Source of the DNA: Clostridia bacterium
GTDB taxonomy: Bacteria; Bacillota; Peptococcia; DRI-13; SM3-B62
Reading direction: 5' to 3'
Assembly (NCBI GenBank): GCA_018433675.1
Contig: JAHDQS010000015.1
Coordinates: 62,170-126,169, forward strand
Length of the DNA stretch: 64,000 nt
Shown here: piece by piece, positions 9,739 to 19,786 of the stretch
Layout: each line of letters starts with the position of its first letter
How positions within the stretch are numbered: position 1 is the stretch's first letter
Program-made: the position numbers and the translations under genes
Notes under the pieces: generated by a model
Seen by the model: only the letters and a program-made list of their open reading frames with translations
Database searches by the model: none
Told to the model about the DNA's origin: nothing

Positions 9739-10938
9739 ATGCAGGAGTTACTGAAGAAAGATTTGATATACAAAATAGTTTCGGTTCTTCTCGCTTTTTT
9801 GTTGTGGTTTTTTGTAACTAATCTGCAGAATCCCACAACCGACAAGCTATTTTCCGTTCCGATCACTTTTATCAACTTACAGGATGGTCTGGTTACGGGA
9901 GAAAAACCGGAGAATGTTGAAATAAGGCTGAAAGGTCCGCATTCGATTATTAACGGGTTGACGGCTAATGACATTAAGGCAACGGTAGATTTCGGTCAAG
10001 CCCAAATTGGTGAGTCCAACTTCCAAGTTAAAGTACAGCCGCCTTCAGGAGTTGAAATCTTGAGTTATGAGCCGACCAGCATTACCTTAGATATTGATGC
10101 TATTACAGAAAAACAGCTTTCACTGGAAGTGAAAAAGGTCAATTCGGTAGCGGAAGGATATTCCAGTTATGAACCGGAACTAAATACGTCACGGGTGGTT
10201 GTGAGGGGACCACGTCAGCTTTTGGAGCAATTAGAAACAGCTCAGGTTGTCGCCGATTTGAACCAAGCTTCGGATAACTTGGTGTTGAACCTTCCTGTCA
10301 ACATTATTAATAAAGCGGGTGATGTTGTTCCAACCAATAATTTGGAGGTAACCCCGTTGACAGTACAGGTATATGTACCGGTTATCGAAAATATTCCCAC
10401 CAAGACAGTTTCCATCAGACCTAGTATAATTGGCAATCCCAAGGATGATTGGCAGGTTGCCAGAATCATTCTTGAACCGGAAACCGTGAAAATAACCGGA
10501 CCCTATGAGAGGATAATGGAGATAGATCATGTCCAAACTCAGCCAATTAATATTGCCGGCATCCAAGAAAATCTTACCGTTCAAGTGGCACTTACACCGC
10601 CGGAAGGGGTCGGACTGTTATATGAACCGGTGGTCAAGGTGCTGGTTCAAATAGAGGAAGCGCCTGTGACGAAGACTATTCCGGATGTACCCATCAGAAT
10701 TGACAATAAGCCGGAGGGAATGAATGCCGTTAGCACTCTCGAAAAGGTGAAGGTTACAGTCAGAGGTCCGCGCCAGGAGTTTGAAGCGCTAAAGGAAGGC
10801 GATATTAAGGCTTTTGTTGACGTCAAAGACCTAAAACCCGGTACCTATCAATTGGATGTAAAAATAAGTCTTAAAGATAATCTGCAGGTGCAGGAGGTTG
10901 ATCCCGGCAAAGTTGAGGTAAAGATAACGAAAGAGTAG
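9739..10938 (+). CDS. cdaR: CdaA regulatory protein CdaR (YbbR-repeat protein)
   Basis: N-terminal TM helix followed by repeated YbbR-like beta domains. Canonical position between cdaA and glmM. Confidence 0.85.
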   Translation: MQELLKKDLIYKIVSVLLAFLLWFFVTNLQNPTTDKLFSVPITFINLQDGLVTGEKPENVEIRLKGPHSIINGLTANDIKATVDFGQAQIGESNFQVKVQPPSGVEILSYEPTSITLDIDAITEKQLSLEVKKVNSVAEGYSSYEPELNTSRVVVRGPRQLLEQLETAQVVADLNQASDNLVLNLPVNIINKAGDVVPTNNLEVTPLTVQVYVPVIENIPTKTVSIRPSIIGNPKDDWQVARIILEPETVKITGPYERIMEIDHVQTQPINIAGIQENLTVQVALTPPEGVGLLYEPVVKVLVQIEEAPVTKTIPDVPIRIDNKPEGMNAVSTLEKVKVTVRGPRQEFEALKEGDIKAFVDVKDLKPGTYQLDVKISLKDNLQVQEVDPGKVEVKITKE

Positions 10939-10964
10939 TATGATTGTTGAAGGGAATGGCGTAA

Positions 10965-12308
10965 ATGACGAAGATGTTCGGAACCGACGGAGTCAGAGGT
11001 CTGGCCAACAAGGAGCTGACGCCTGAGCTGGCCTTTAAACTCGGCAGAGCTGCCGGGTTTTTATGGAGCAAAGAAGAAGAAAGAACAGCTATCATTGTGG
11101 GGCGCGATTCTCGCATATCAGGTCCCTTACTGGAAGGGGCGTTGGTTTCCGGTATTTGTTCTTCAGGTGTTGACGCTTATGTGGCTGGGGTTATTCCGAC
11201 TCCTGTCGTAGCATATTTATCTCGTGTGCTTGATGTTTCTGCCGGGGTGGTTATTTCAGCTTCTCATAATCCGGCTCCGGATAACGGTATAAAATTTTTT
11301 GACGGCAAGGGTTTTAAGCTGGCGGAAACCTTGGAAGAAAGGATTGAAGCCATTCTGGCAGGGGAAATGAAGGAGATACCGCGACCGACCGGTGAAAAAG
11401 TGGGACGTGTTATCAATTTTCACGATGCCGACGAGAGGTACATTCGCTTTCTCAAAGGTATCGTTCCTGGCGGGTTGCATGGGTTGAAGATTGTAGTTGA
11501 CTGTGCCAATGGTGCGGCTTATCGGGTGGCACCCCGTGTCTTGCACGAGATGGGGGCGCAGGTAATTAGCATCAATGACTTGCCTGACGGTTTAAATATT
11601 AACAGAGGGTGCGGTTCGACTACACCGGAAGCACTGCAAGAGACAGTTGTCAAGTATGGTGCGGATTTTGGGGTAGCTTTTGACGGGGATGCGGATCGTG
11701 TAATTGCCGTCGATGAAAATGGGGAAATTGTTGATGGAGACCATATTCTTGTTATTTGCGGATTAGCAATGCAGAAACGAAAAGAACTGAAGGATAAGAT
11801 AGTGGTAACAGTAATGAGCAATTTAGGGCTGAAAGAAGCCTTTGAAAAAGCCGGAGTTGAGGTGCATGAAACTAAAGTAGGAGACCGCTTTGTGCTGGAA
11901 AAAATGCAGGATATAGGTGCAGTGCTGGGAGGCGAACAGTCCGGGCACATTATTTTCCTGCAGCATTGTACAACCGGAGATGGGTTGCTTACGGCACTTC
12001 AGCTTATGAGAACGATAAAGGAAGCGGAAAAACCCCTTAGTACACTGGCTGAGCAAATGAAGTGTTTCCCTCAGGTACTGGTAAATGTCGAGGTGTGTGA
12101 TAAGGAAAGCTGGAAAAGCGATGAGACGGTATGTCATGCTATTGCGGAGGCTGAAAAGGCCTTAAAGGGCAAGGGCAGAATTTTCATCAGGGCATCCGGT
12201 ACGGAACCCTTAATCAGGATTATGGTGGAAGGTCCCGAAAAAGAGGAAGTGGAGAGAATCGCCCAAGAGGTAGCCGGAGTTATAAGGGGAAAATATGGGC
12301 GCAAATAA
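10965..12308 (+). CDS. glmM: Phosphoglucosamine mutase
   Basis: MFGTDGVRG and the active-site SASHNP motif. Full-length similarity to GlmM. Confidence 0.95.
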   Translation: MTKMFGTDGVRGLANKELTPELAFKLGRAAGFLWSKEEERTAIIVGRDSRISGPLLEGALVSGICSSGVDAYVAGVIPTPVVAYLSRVLDVSAGVVISASHNPAPDNGIKFFDGKGFKLAETLEERIEAILAGEMKEIPRPTGEKVGRVINFHDADERYIRFLKGIVPGGLHGLKIVVDCANGAAYRVAPRVLHEMGAQVISINDLPDGLNINRGCGSTTPEALQETVVKYGADFGVAFDGDADRVIAVDENGEIVDGDHILVICGLAMQKRKELKDKIVVTVMSNLGLKEAFEKAGVEVHETKVGDRFVLEKMQDIGAVLGGEQSGHIIFLQHCTTGDGLLTALQLMRTIKEAEKPLSTLAEQMKCFPQVLVNVEVCDKESWKSDETVCHAIAEAEKALKGKGRIFIRASGTEPLIRIMVEGPEKEEVERIAQEVAGVIRGKYGRK

Positions 12309-12316
12309 AAGGTGTA

Positions 12317-12733
12317 ATGGGGTATGTGGGTATGCTATGTGTAGGCATAGATATAATTGAAACAGCTCGAATCAAGGATGCGGTATCAAGGCATCCTGCT
12401 TTTTATAGGAGGATACTTGCTCCTTCTGAACAGGCTATTTATGAGGGGCGGGCTGATTCCACGGAGTTTCTCGCCGGCAGATTCGCAGCCAAGGAAGCGA
12501 TTATGAAGTGTATCGGTACAGGATTGCGAGGGTTTTCCTGGCATGATATGGAGGTTTTGCCGGATCAACAAGGCTGCCCACAAGTGGTTTTCTCTTCTGG
12601 AATTAATGGTATACTGGAAAAAAGGAACATAGCTTACATTAAGATTAGCATATCCCATAGCCGTGATTACGCGGCGGCTGTGGCAGTGGGGGAAGAAAAG
12701 ACTGCGGAGGGTGGAAAAGATGAGGCTGGTTAG
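12317..12733 (+). CDS. acpS: Holo-[acyl-carrier-protein] synthase
   Basis: GIDIIE...FLAGRFAAKEA..K..G...SISHS motifs match AcpS. Confidence 0.9.
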   Translation: MGYVGMLCVGIDIIETARIKDAVSRHPAFYRRILAPSEQAIYEGRADSTEFLAGRFAAKEAIMKCIGTGLRGFSWHDMEVLPDQQGCPQVVFSSGINGILEKRNIAYIKISISHSRDYAAAVAVGEEKTAEGGKDEAG

Positions 12734-14288
12734 CGGGACAGACATGAAAAAGATGGATAACTGGGCAGTTAATGAGTATATGATACCTTCACTACTGCTG
12801 ATGGAAAACGCGGGAAGAGCTGTGGCCGTTAAAGCTTTAGAGATACTTGACGGCGTCAGCCGCAAGCAGGTATTGATTTTGGCCGGCAAGGGCAATAACG
12901 GTGGTGATGCCCTTGTGGCAGCACGTCATCTTTCTGAGTTAGGAGCGGAAGTGAAGTTATTCCTCTTTTTTCCACCGGAACAATTTGGAGAAGATGCCCT
13001 GATAAATTGGGGTCTGTTGGATAAGTTGGGGATAAACTATAACTGTTTGAATGATGAAAACAGCTTATACTTATTAAAGCTGCGTCTTAACCAGTGTGAT
13101 TTGATTATCGACGGTATTTTCGGTACCGGTTTCAGAGGTAAGCCGGATGATGCCACGACCCGGGCGATTCAAACCATTAATGAAAGCGGCGTGCCCATTT
13201 TAGCCATTGACGTACCGTCAGGACTTAACGCCGACACCGGCGAGGTGGAGGGAGAGTGTATTCAAGCCAGATACACCGTAACGTTTGCCTATGCCAAGAG
13301 GGGGCTGGTGATGTTTCCGGGGAAGAAATATGCCGGATCACTGGAGGTAGCCCACATTTCTTTGCCACAGAAGGCTTTAGAAATTGTTGAGACGGAAGAA
13401 TATTATATTGACGAGACTTTTGCACAAAAGCTCTTGCCGCCAAGACAGAAGGAAGGTTTTAAGAATACCTTCGGGCATGTGTTGGTTGTGGCCGGTTCGG
13501 CAGGAATGACAGGGGCAGCCTTCTTGGCAAGCAGAGCGGTCTTGCGTTCCGGAGCCGGATTAGTTACGGCTTGTCTGCCTTCTTCACTAGCCAACGAGTT
13601 TGACGTGGTGAACCCGGAGGTAATTACCTGCGGAGTGGAAGAGACAAAGGAAGGGACGATTTCTTCCGCTGCCGGTACAGAGATAAAAAGAAGGTTGCAA
13701 GGCAAACAGGCCGTTATCTTCGGACCGGGGCTGGGTGCCACTGCGGAAATACGTGGGTTATTGGAGAAGATGCTGGAAGGGCTTCATGTTCCGCTGATTA
13801 TAGATGCCGATGGTTTGAATGTTTTAGCCCTGGACGGTGGTATTCTCAACCGGGTGCAATGTCCCCTTATTTTGACCCCTCATCCCGGTGAAATGGCAAG
13901 ATTGTTGGGCCTGTCTACTGCGGAGGTGCAGAAGGACCGTGTAGTAGCGGCACAGGAGGCTGCTGTGTATTTTAACGCGGTGGTGGTTTTAAAAGGTGCT
14001 GCTACTGTCACGGCAACGCCTCAAGGGCAAGTATTTATCAATTCGTCGGGTTGTTCGGCATTGGCAACGGCCGGTTCCGGTGACGTATTGAGCGGGGTAA
14101 TTGGCGGGTTGGCGGCTCAAGGGATAGAACCGGTTGCGGCAGCCGTGCTGGGAGTATATATCCATGGTTTAGCAGGAGAGATTGCCGCTAAGGAACTGGG
14201 CGAACGAAGTGTTATGGCTGGGGATGTTTTGGAAAGACTGCCCTATGCCTTTCGACATCTGGAAACAACGACAACAGAGGTGAGATAA
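12720..14288 (+). CDS. nnr: Bifunctional NAD(P)H-hydrate repair enzyme Nnr (epimerase + ADP-dependent dehydratase)
   Basis: YjeF_N motif GKGNNGGDALV and a C-terminal carbohydrate-kinase-like domain (LTPHPGE, GSGDVL). The ATG at 12720 overlaps the acpS end; the ORF-track start at 12663 is probably too long. Confidence 0.9.
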   Translation: MRLVSGTDMKKMDNWAVNEYMIPSLLLMENAGRAVAVKALEILDGVSRKQVLILAGKGNNGGDALVAARHLSELGAEVKLFLFFPPEQFGEDALINWGLLDKLGINYNCLNDENSLYLLKLRLNQCDLIIDGIFGTGFRGKPDDATTRAIQTINESGVPILAIDVPSGLNADTGEVEGECIQARYTVTFAYAKRGLVMFPGKKYAGSLEVAHISLPQKALEIVETEEYYIDETFAQKLLPPRQKEGFKNTFGHVLVVAGSAGMTGAAFLASRAVLRSGAGLVTACLPSSLANEFDVVNPEVITCGVEETKEGTISSAAGTEIKRRLQGKQAVIFGPGLGATAEIRGLLEKMLEGLHVPLIIDADGLNVLALDGGILNRVQCPLILTPHPGEMARLLGLSTAEVQKDRVVAAQEAAVYFNAVVVLKGAATVTATPQGQVFINSSGCSALATAGSGDVLSGVIGGLAAQGIEPVAAAVLGVYIHGLAGEIAAKELGERSVMAGDVLERLPYAFRHLETTTTEVR

Positions 14289-14289
14289 T

Positions 14290-15423
14290 ATGTCAGAGTG
14301 TAGACGCCCGGTTTGGGCTGAGATTAGTTTGAAGGACATTGTTCATAATTATCGACAACTCAAGGGACTTGTAAAGCCTTCCGTACAGATGATGACGGTG
14401 GTCAAGGCAAATGCCTACGGACATGGTGCTGTGGAATGTGCAGGAGTATTAGAGGAGGCCGGTGCTGATTACTTTGGAGTGGCTATAATGGAAGAGGCTG
14501 TTCAGCTGCGAGAAGGAGGGATCGCTAAACCGATCCTTGTTCTAGGTTGGACACCCGTGGAGGATTATCAGCGTGCTCTGGAAAACAAGATTACTTTAAC
14601 CATATACTCCCTGCAGGAGGCGGAAGAGTTATCGCGAATTGCTAGGGAAAGGAAGGTTCAGGCGATTGTCCATCTTAAAGTAGATACCGGGATGGGCCGA
14701 ATCGGCTTATCTGCCGATGAGTGGGGTCTTGCCCAGGCCGCAAGGATCATCTCCTTGCCTAAGGTGGAAGTTGAGGGTATTTTTACTCACTTTTCTAAGG
14801 CCGATGAGAAGGATAAAAGCTATACCGTTAGGCAATTAAAAAAGTATAAGGATTTTTGTACCGCTTTGGAAAACAAAACAGGATTCAAGTTCAGGATTAA
14901 GCATGCTGCGAACAGTGCCGCTACGATGTCCTGCCCCGAGGCTCATTTTGATCTGGTCAGAACGGGGATTGCGCTTTATGGGCTTAAACCGTCTGACGAA
15001 GTGTTGCCTGAAAATATCGAACTGCGACAAGCAATGGCCTTGCGATCTAAGATTTCTCATGTAAAGGAAGTTCCGGCCGGTTTTTCCATCAGCTACGGCG
15101 GGCGTTTTGTGACAGACAGAGATACGGTTATTGCCACACTGCCTCTGGGCTATGCTGATGGATATTCTCGTCTTTTATCGGGGAAAACACAAGTGATTTG
15201 CCGGGGGATGAGAGCAAATACTATTGGCAGAGTCTGTATGGATCAATTCATGTTTGACGCAACGCAAATTATTCCACGGGTCAAACGAGGAGATGTTGTT
15301 ACTCTGTTGGGAAGAGACGGCGATGATTATATTTCCGTTGATGAATTGGCCGGCATTTTGGGCACTATAAATTATGAGGTGGTTTGTATGATATCTTCCC
15401 GTGTGCCGAGGATATACCCTTGA
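14290..15423 (+). CDS. alr: Alanine racemase
   Basis: VVKANAYGHG PLP-lysine motif and full-length Alr similarity. Confidence 0.95.
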   Translation: MSECRRPVWAEISLKDIVHNYRQLKGLVKPSVQMMTVVKANAYGHGAVECAGVLEEAGADYFGVAIMEEAVQLREGGIAKPILVLGWTPVEDYQRALENKITLTIYSLQEAEELSRIARERKVQAIVHLKVDTGMGRIGLSADEWGLAQAARIISLPKVEVEGIFTHFSKADEKDKSYTVRQLKKYKDFCTALENKTGFKFRIKHAANSAATMSCPEAHFDLVRTGIALYGLKPSDEVLPENIELRQAMALRSKISHVKEVPAGFSISYGGRFVTDRDTVIATLPLGYADGYSRLLSGKTQVICRGMRANTIGRVCMDQFMFDATQIIPRVKRGDVVTLLGRDGDDYISVDELAGILGTINYEVVCMISSRVPRIYP

Positions 15424-15456
15424 TTGTGTGTTTTGGTGATTATTTTTGCTGATATA

Positions 15457-15486
15457 TTGACGGTATATGCAAACAATATATATAAT
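15457..15486 (+). promoter_or_regulatory. Putative sigma-A promoter for mazEF
   Basis: TTGACG, an 18-nt spacer, then TATAAT. Confidence 0.45.
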
Positions 15487-15525
15487 TAGGTAGCATGATT
15501 AGATATAAGGGCGGGGTGTTTATTT

Positions 15526-15801
15526 GTGGTTGCCAATAAACGGATAATGATTTCAGTGCCTACGGCGCTTTTGCAAGAAGTGGACGGGTTCACCTGTGAT
15601 GAGAACATGAATCGCAGTGAGCTTATCAGAGAAGCAGTCCGCTATTACTTGGCAGAGAAGAAGAAAAGCCGCTTAAGGGAAGAAATGCGGCTCGGCTATT
15701 TGGAAATGTCACGTATCAACCTTCGCTTGGCTCAGGAAGCCTTTGCTTATGAGGAAGAAGTCCGCGTGTGTATTGAACGCAAGTTTGTGGAGTGCGGTTG
15801 A
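15526..15801 (+). CDS. mazE: Type II antitoxin, RHH/CopG-type (MazE / EndoAI)
   Basis: RHH-like N-terminus ([12 protein letters not shown]...[13 protein letters not shown]). Directly upstream of mazF and downstream of alr, as in B. subtilis alr-ndoAI-ndoA. Confidence 0.85.
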   Translation: MVANKRIMISVPTALLQEVDGFTCDENMNRSELIREAVRYYLAEKKKSRLREEMRLGYLEMSRINLRLAQEAFAYEEEVRVCIERKFVECG

Positions 15802-15802
15802 A

Positions 15803-16156
15803 ATGGTGGCTGTGCAGAGGGGCGATATATTCTACGCGGATTTAAGTCCGGTCGTTGGCTCCGAGCAAGGGGGAACCAGACCGGTGTTAATAATACAAAA
15901 CAATATTGGCAACCAATACAGTCCGACGACTATAGTTGCTGCTATTACAAGTCAGGTGGTCAAGGCAAAAATGCCTACCCATGTGGAGCTTTGCGCAGAA
16001 AGCTGTGGGCTGGAGAAGGATTCGATAGTATTGACGGAACAGATTCGTACCATTGATAAAAAACGCTTAAAGGAGAAGGTCTCGACCCTGAATGACGACA
16101 TTATGAAAAAGGTTGACGAGGCTATAGAAATTAGCCTGGGGTTAATTGCTTTGTAA
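15803..16156 (+). CDS. mazF: Type II toxin mRNA interferase MazF/EndoA
   Basis: [34 protein letters not shown]...[13 protein letters not shown] is near-collinear with B. subtilis EndoA. ATG at 15803. Confidence 0.95.
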   Translation: MVAVQRGDIFYADLSPVVGSEQGGTRPVLIIQNNIGNQYSPTTIVAAITSQVVKAKMPTHVELCAESCGLEKDSIVLTEQIRTIDKKRLKEKVSTLNDDIMKKVDEAIEISLGLIAL

Positions 16157-16181
16157 TGAGAAAATAATTCAAGGGCAGATG

Positions 16182-16212
16182 GACAGGGGTGTGCCTGTCT
16201 TTTTGTTTTTTT
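16182..16212 (+). terminator. Intrinsic terminator after mazF
   Basis: GACAGG/CCTGTC stem followed by TTTTTGTTTTTTT. Confidence 0.6.
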
Positions 16213-16311
16213 GAAGTGATGCGGGTTGATTTTTTCCAATAAAAAAATATAATAAAGTCATTAAAGAAAGCATATATCGGTCTTAGAAACATTTGATAGC
16301 GACGAGCTGCG

Positions 16312-17040
16312 TTGAAGGGAGAAGTCTTATTGACTCCTTTGATCGGTATTACCTGTGGTTGGAGAGAGGACGAAAAAAGGCATCATTTGCATGATGAGTA
16401 TGTACAGGTGGTATACGAGGCGGGAGGCATCCCCGTTTTGCTTCCTACGGGAAAAGCTGATCTTGCCGAGAGCTATTATGAATACATCGATGGCTTGATC
16501 CTTTCCGGAGGGGGAGACCCTGACCCGGTTTATTATGGAGAGGAACCGTTGCGTGGAATAAGGGAAATCACCCCTGCAAGAGACGATTTTGAAGTTCTGC
16601 TTTCCCGGATGGCTATGTCCGGGAAAAAACCTGTTTTAGCCGTTTGCCGCGGTATGCAGGTTTTGAATGTAGCAGCTGGTGGTTCGCTTTATCAGGATTT
16701 AGGTGGGGTGACAAGACAGGAGCACATGCAGCAAGCACCGCGTTACCATGGGACGCATTATGTTGAGTTGGATAACGGAAGCTTTTTGTATCGTATTGTC
16801 CAAAAAGAGAGGATCCGCGTTAACAGTTTTCATCACCAAGGAGTGAAGCTTGTCGGAAACGGACTGAAGGCGGTTGCTTGGAGCAGTGACGGATTGACTG
16901 AGGCCGTTGAAGCAGAAGACGGACGGTACGTGTTTGGTGTACAATGGCATCCTGAATGCTGTTGGGAGTTCGACGCCGTTTCGTTTCGTCTTTTCAGGGA
17001 ATTGGTTTGTGAGGCGAGGATAAAGGGAAACTATGCATAA
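16312..17040 (+). CDS. Gamma-glutamyl-gamma-aminobutyrate hydrolase family protein (peptidase C26, class I glutamine amidotransferase)
   Basis: Nucleophile motif AVCRGMQ and C-terminal GVQWHPE. The true start may be the TTG at 16330. Confidence 0.8.
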   Translation: MKGEVLLTPLIGITCGWREDEKRHHLHDEYVQVVYEAGGIPVLLPTGKADLAESYYEYIDGLILSGGGDPDPVYYGEEPLRGIREITPARDDFEVLLSRMAMSGKKPVLAVCRGMQVLNVAAGGSLYQDLGGVTRQEHMQQAPRYHGTHYVELDNGSFLYRIVQKERIRVNSFHHQGVKLVGNGLKAVAWSSDGLTEAVEAEDGRYVFGVQWHPECCWEFDAVSFRLFRELVCEARIKGNYA

Positions 17041-17078
17041 GAATAGAAAGTATAAGTAGTAAGAGAAAGGATTAGATA

Positions 17079-18092
17079 ATGTTTACGGAGAAGTTGGTAG
17101 AAGTGACAAGAGGCAGTCTTATTGAAAGTAGTCACAGAGGTGTTGTCGCGGTGGTCGATACCTCAGGTTCTTTAATAGCTAGTGTTGGTGACCCGTCTTA
17201 TGTGACATATCTTCGCTCGGCAGCCAAGCCCATGCAGGCTTTGCCCGTAGTTGAAAGCGGAGCTGCGGCATACTACAACCTGTCTCAAAAAGAGCTTGCT
17301 CTGATCATGGCCTCGCACAGCGGGCAGGACGAGCATGTTCGTACCGCCATGGGTATCATGGAAAAATTGGGATTATCGGCAGATGCCCTTAAATGCGGTA
17401 CTCATTTGCCGCTGCACAAAAAATCTTCTGTTAAGCTGGTGCAGGAGGGCAAATCACCTTCGGTTTTTCACTGTACTTGCTCCGGCAAGCATGCTGGCAT
17501 GCTTGCCTTGGTTAAATACCATCATTGGGAGGAAGAAGGGTACTATTTGCCTGAACACCCTGTGCAGAAGCTAATGCTTGCCACCGTAGGGTCTTTTGCC
17601 GGATTGCGGGAGGAAGAAATCATAGTGGGTGTTGACGGCTGCGGAGTTTCTGTCTTCGGTATGCCGCTGTATAGAATGGCCCTTGCATATGCTCGTTGGG
17701 CCAAGCCGGATGACTACAGTGCAGAAAGGGCACAGGCCTGCCGTACCCTCCACGAGGCCATGTTGAACAACCCGGTGATAATAGCCGGGACAGGACGTTT
17801 GGCAACGGAAATAATGAATATTACCGGGGACAGGCTGTTGGTCAAGGACGGAAATGAGGGTATTTTCTGTGTTGGTGTGCCTGATAAGGGCTGGGGTATT
17901 GCCATCAAGATTGAAGACGGAAGTATGCGGGCACTAGGCCCGGTAATTATTTCGGTATTAGAGGAGTTAGGTTTATTGACAGCAGAGGAAAGTGAGAGGC
18001 TTAAACCTTATGCCCGCAAAAAAATTAAGAATTACCGCGGTGAAACGATAGGAGAAATAAGGCCGGCATTTTCGCTGATCCGGAGCAGTTAA
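17079..18092 (+). CDS. Asparaginase (Asparaginase_II family, Rhizobium-type)
   Basis: VEVTRG..IESSHRG.VAVVD...RSAAKP.QA N-terminus is characteristic of the family. Confidence 0.75.
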   Translation: MFTEKLVEVTRGSLIESSHRGVVAVVDTSGSLIASVGDPSYVTYLRSAAKPMQALPVVESGAAAYYNLSQKELALIMASHSGQDEHVRTAMGIMEKLGLSADALKCGTHLPLHKKSSVKLVQEGKSPSVFHCTCSGKHAGMLALVKYHHWEEEGYYLPEHPVQKLMLATVGSFAGLREEEIIVGVDGCGVSVFGMPLYRMALAYARWAKPDDYSAERAQACRTLHEAMLNNPVIIAGTGRLATEIMNITGDRLLVKDGNEGIFCVGVPDKGWGIAIKIEDGSMRALGPVIISVLEELGLLTAEESERLKPYARKKIKNYRGETIGEIRPAFSLIRSS

Positions 18093-18103
18093 AGGAGGAT
18101 ACC

Positions 18104-19276
18104 ATGAATAAAACGGCAATAATAAATGCCAGGATATACACTATGGCCGGCAGGATAATAGAGTGCGGTTCAGTGCTTTGGGAGGAAGGCCGGATAGTTG
18201 CGGTTGGTGAAAACCTGGATTTGCCTTCCCAAACAGAGGTGCTGGATGAGAGAGGAAACACCGTGGTGCCGGGATATATTGATGCCCATACCCACCTGGG
18301 TATCTTGGAAGAGATTTATCAAATGGAGGGTGACGACTTAAATGAAATGACGGAACCCGTTACCCCGGAGTTGAGGGCCTTGGATGGCGTTAACCCATAT
18401 GACTTGGGTTTTAAAGATGCTATCAAGGGCGGAATTACGACGGTGATGACGGGGCCGGGCAGTGCAAATGTAGTCTGCGGGACGACAATGGTGTTAAAGA
18501 CGGTGGGTGAATGTTTGCAGGACATGGTATTGATAGAACAGTCGGGCTTGAAGGTGGCTTTTGGCGAAAACCCGAAAAGGGTTTATGGCGAGCAAAAGAA
18601 GATGCCTTCCACAAGAATGGGTATAGCCGCCCTTTTGCGGCAAGCCTTTATTGATACAAAGGACTATCTTGCCAAGAAGGAAAAAGCGGAGAAAGAGAAT
18701 GAGGTTGTTGAGCATGATTTGGGTTTAGAGAATTTAGCCCTTGTTCTCAAGGGGAAAATACCCTTACGTGCTCACGTTCATAGAGCCGATGACATTGCTA
18801 CCGCGATACGGATTGCCGATGAGTTTCAGGTGAAGATGGTGCTGGAGCATGGAACGGAAGCACATAAAAACATTAAGGACCTTGTGAAGAGAGATATTCC
18901 GGTTGTTTTGGGGCCGACTCTCAGCAGCAGGTCAAAGGTCGAGTTAGCTGAAATGAATTGGGAAACAGCAGCGCTTTTGAGCGAGGCGGGGGTGTTGGTG
19001 GCTTTGACAACCGACCATTCAGTCATACCTGTGCAGTATTTGCCCCTGTGTGCCGCTCTGGCGGTCAGACACGGGATGGACGAGCAGGAAGCCTTGAAGG
19101 CTATAACGATCAATCCTGCTCGTATCTTAGGGCTTGATGATAGAATTGGCAGTCTTGAAGAGGGGAAAGACGCCGATATGCTTGTCCTTTCGGGGCATCC
19201 CTTGGATTGGAGAACCAAGATAAAAAGGGTCTATGTCAACGGTAAGGAAGCTTATGCGGGTCCACCGGAGGTTTGA
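18104..19276 (+). CDS. Amidohydrolase-superfamily metallohydrolase
   Basis: PGYIDAHTHLG metal-binding motif and a C-terminal GSLEEGKDAD motif. Confidence 0.75.
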   Translation: MNKTAIINARIYTMAGRIIECGSVLWEEGRIVAVGENLDLPSQTEVLDERGNTVVPGYIDAHTHLGILEEIYQMEGDDLNEMTEPVTPELRALDGVNPYDLGFKDAIKGGITTVMTGPGSANVVCGTTMVLKTVGECLQDMVLIEQSGLKVAFGENPKRVYGEQKKMPSTRMGIAALLRQAFIDTKDYLAKKEKAEKENEVVEHDLGLENLALVLKGKIPLRAHVHRADDIATAIRIADEFQVKMVLEHGTEAHKNIKDLVKRDIPVVLGPTLSSRSKVELAEMNWETAALLSEAGVLVALTTDHSVIPVQYLPLCAALAVRHGMDEQEALKAITINPARILGLDDRIGSLEEGKDADMLVLSGHPLDWRTKIKRVYVNGKEAYAGPPEV

Positions 19277-19297
19277 GGAAAGTTTGGGTGTTGTGGT

Positions 19298-19786
19298 GTG
19301 AATACATATGAAACTTTTGCTCCAGAAGAGACTTTCGAGTTGGCGCGCCACTTAGGCGAACGCTTAACAGGTGGAGAAGTGATTGCCTTAGAAGGAGAGC
19401 TTGGAGCGGGAAAGACATTGTTTGTCAAAGGCTTGGCAGCCGGGTTGGGGGCCGCAGGACCGGTAACCAGTCCCACATTTTCTTTGCTGCATATCTATGA
19501 AGGGGGAAGATTGCCGCTTTTTCATTTTGATGTTTATCGGCTGCCATCTTCACAAGCCATTGAGGAACTGGGATATGAAGAATATTTTTATGGTTTGGGT
19601 GTCACGGCAGTGGAATGGAGCGATTTGATAAAGGAGTATCTGCCAAAGGAATATTTACTGGTCAGGATAGCACATTTTTATCGGGAGGATAAAAAAGAGG
19701 CAAGGCGACTCGAACTGATTCCCTACGGGGAAAAAACGGAAGAGATGGTTGAGGAGTTGAAAAAGAATGATTGTACTGGGAATTGA
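19298..19786 (+). CDS. tsaE: tRNA t6A37 biosynthesis ATPase TsaE
   Basis: P-loop GELGAGKTLFVKG and SPTF motifs. Located in the tsaE-tsaB-rimI-tsaD cluster. Confidence 0.9.
   Translation: MNTYETFAPEETFELARHLGERLTGGEVIALEGELGAGKTLFVKGLAAGLGAAGPVTSPTFSLLHIYEGGRLPLFHFDVYRLPSSQAIEELGYEEYFYGLGVTAVEWSDLIKEYLPKEYLLVRIAHFYREDKKEARRLELIPYGEKTEEMVEELKKNDCTGN

Noticed and set aside
12386-12895. 169-aa minus-strand ORF across the acpS/nnr junction
   Set aside because: It is antisense to two confidently identified genes, has no SD, and its composition is atypical of real proteins.
15526-16156. MazEF toxin-antitoxin considered as part of a mobile or defence island
   Set aside because: It sits directly downstream of alr. 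This is the conserved chromosomal arrangement known from B. subtilis (alr-ndoAI-ndoA), and no mobility genes are nearby.
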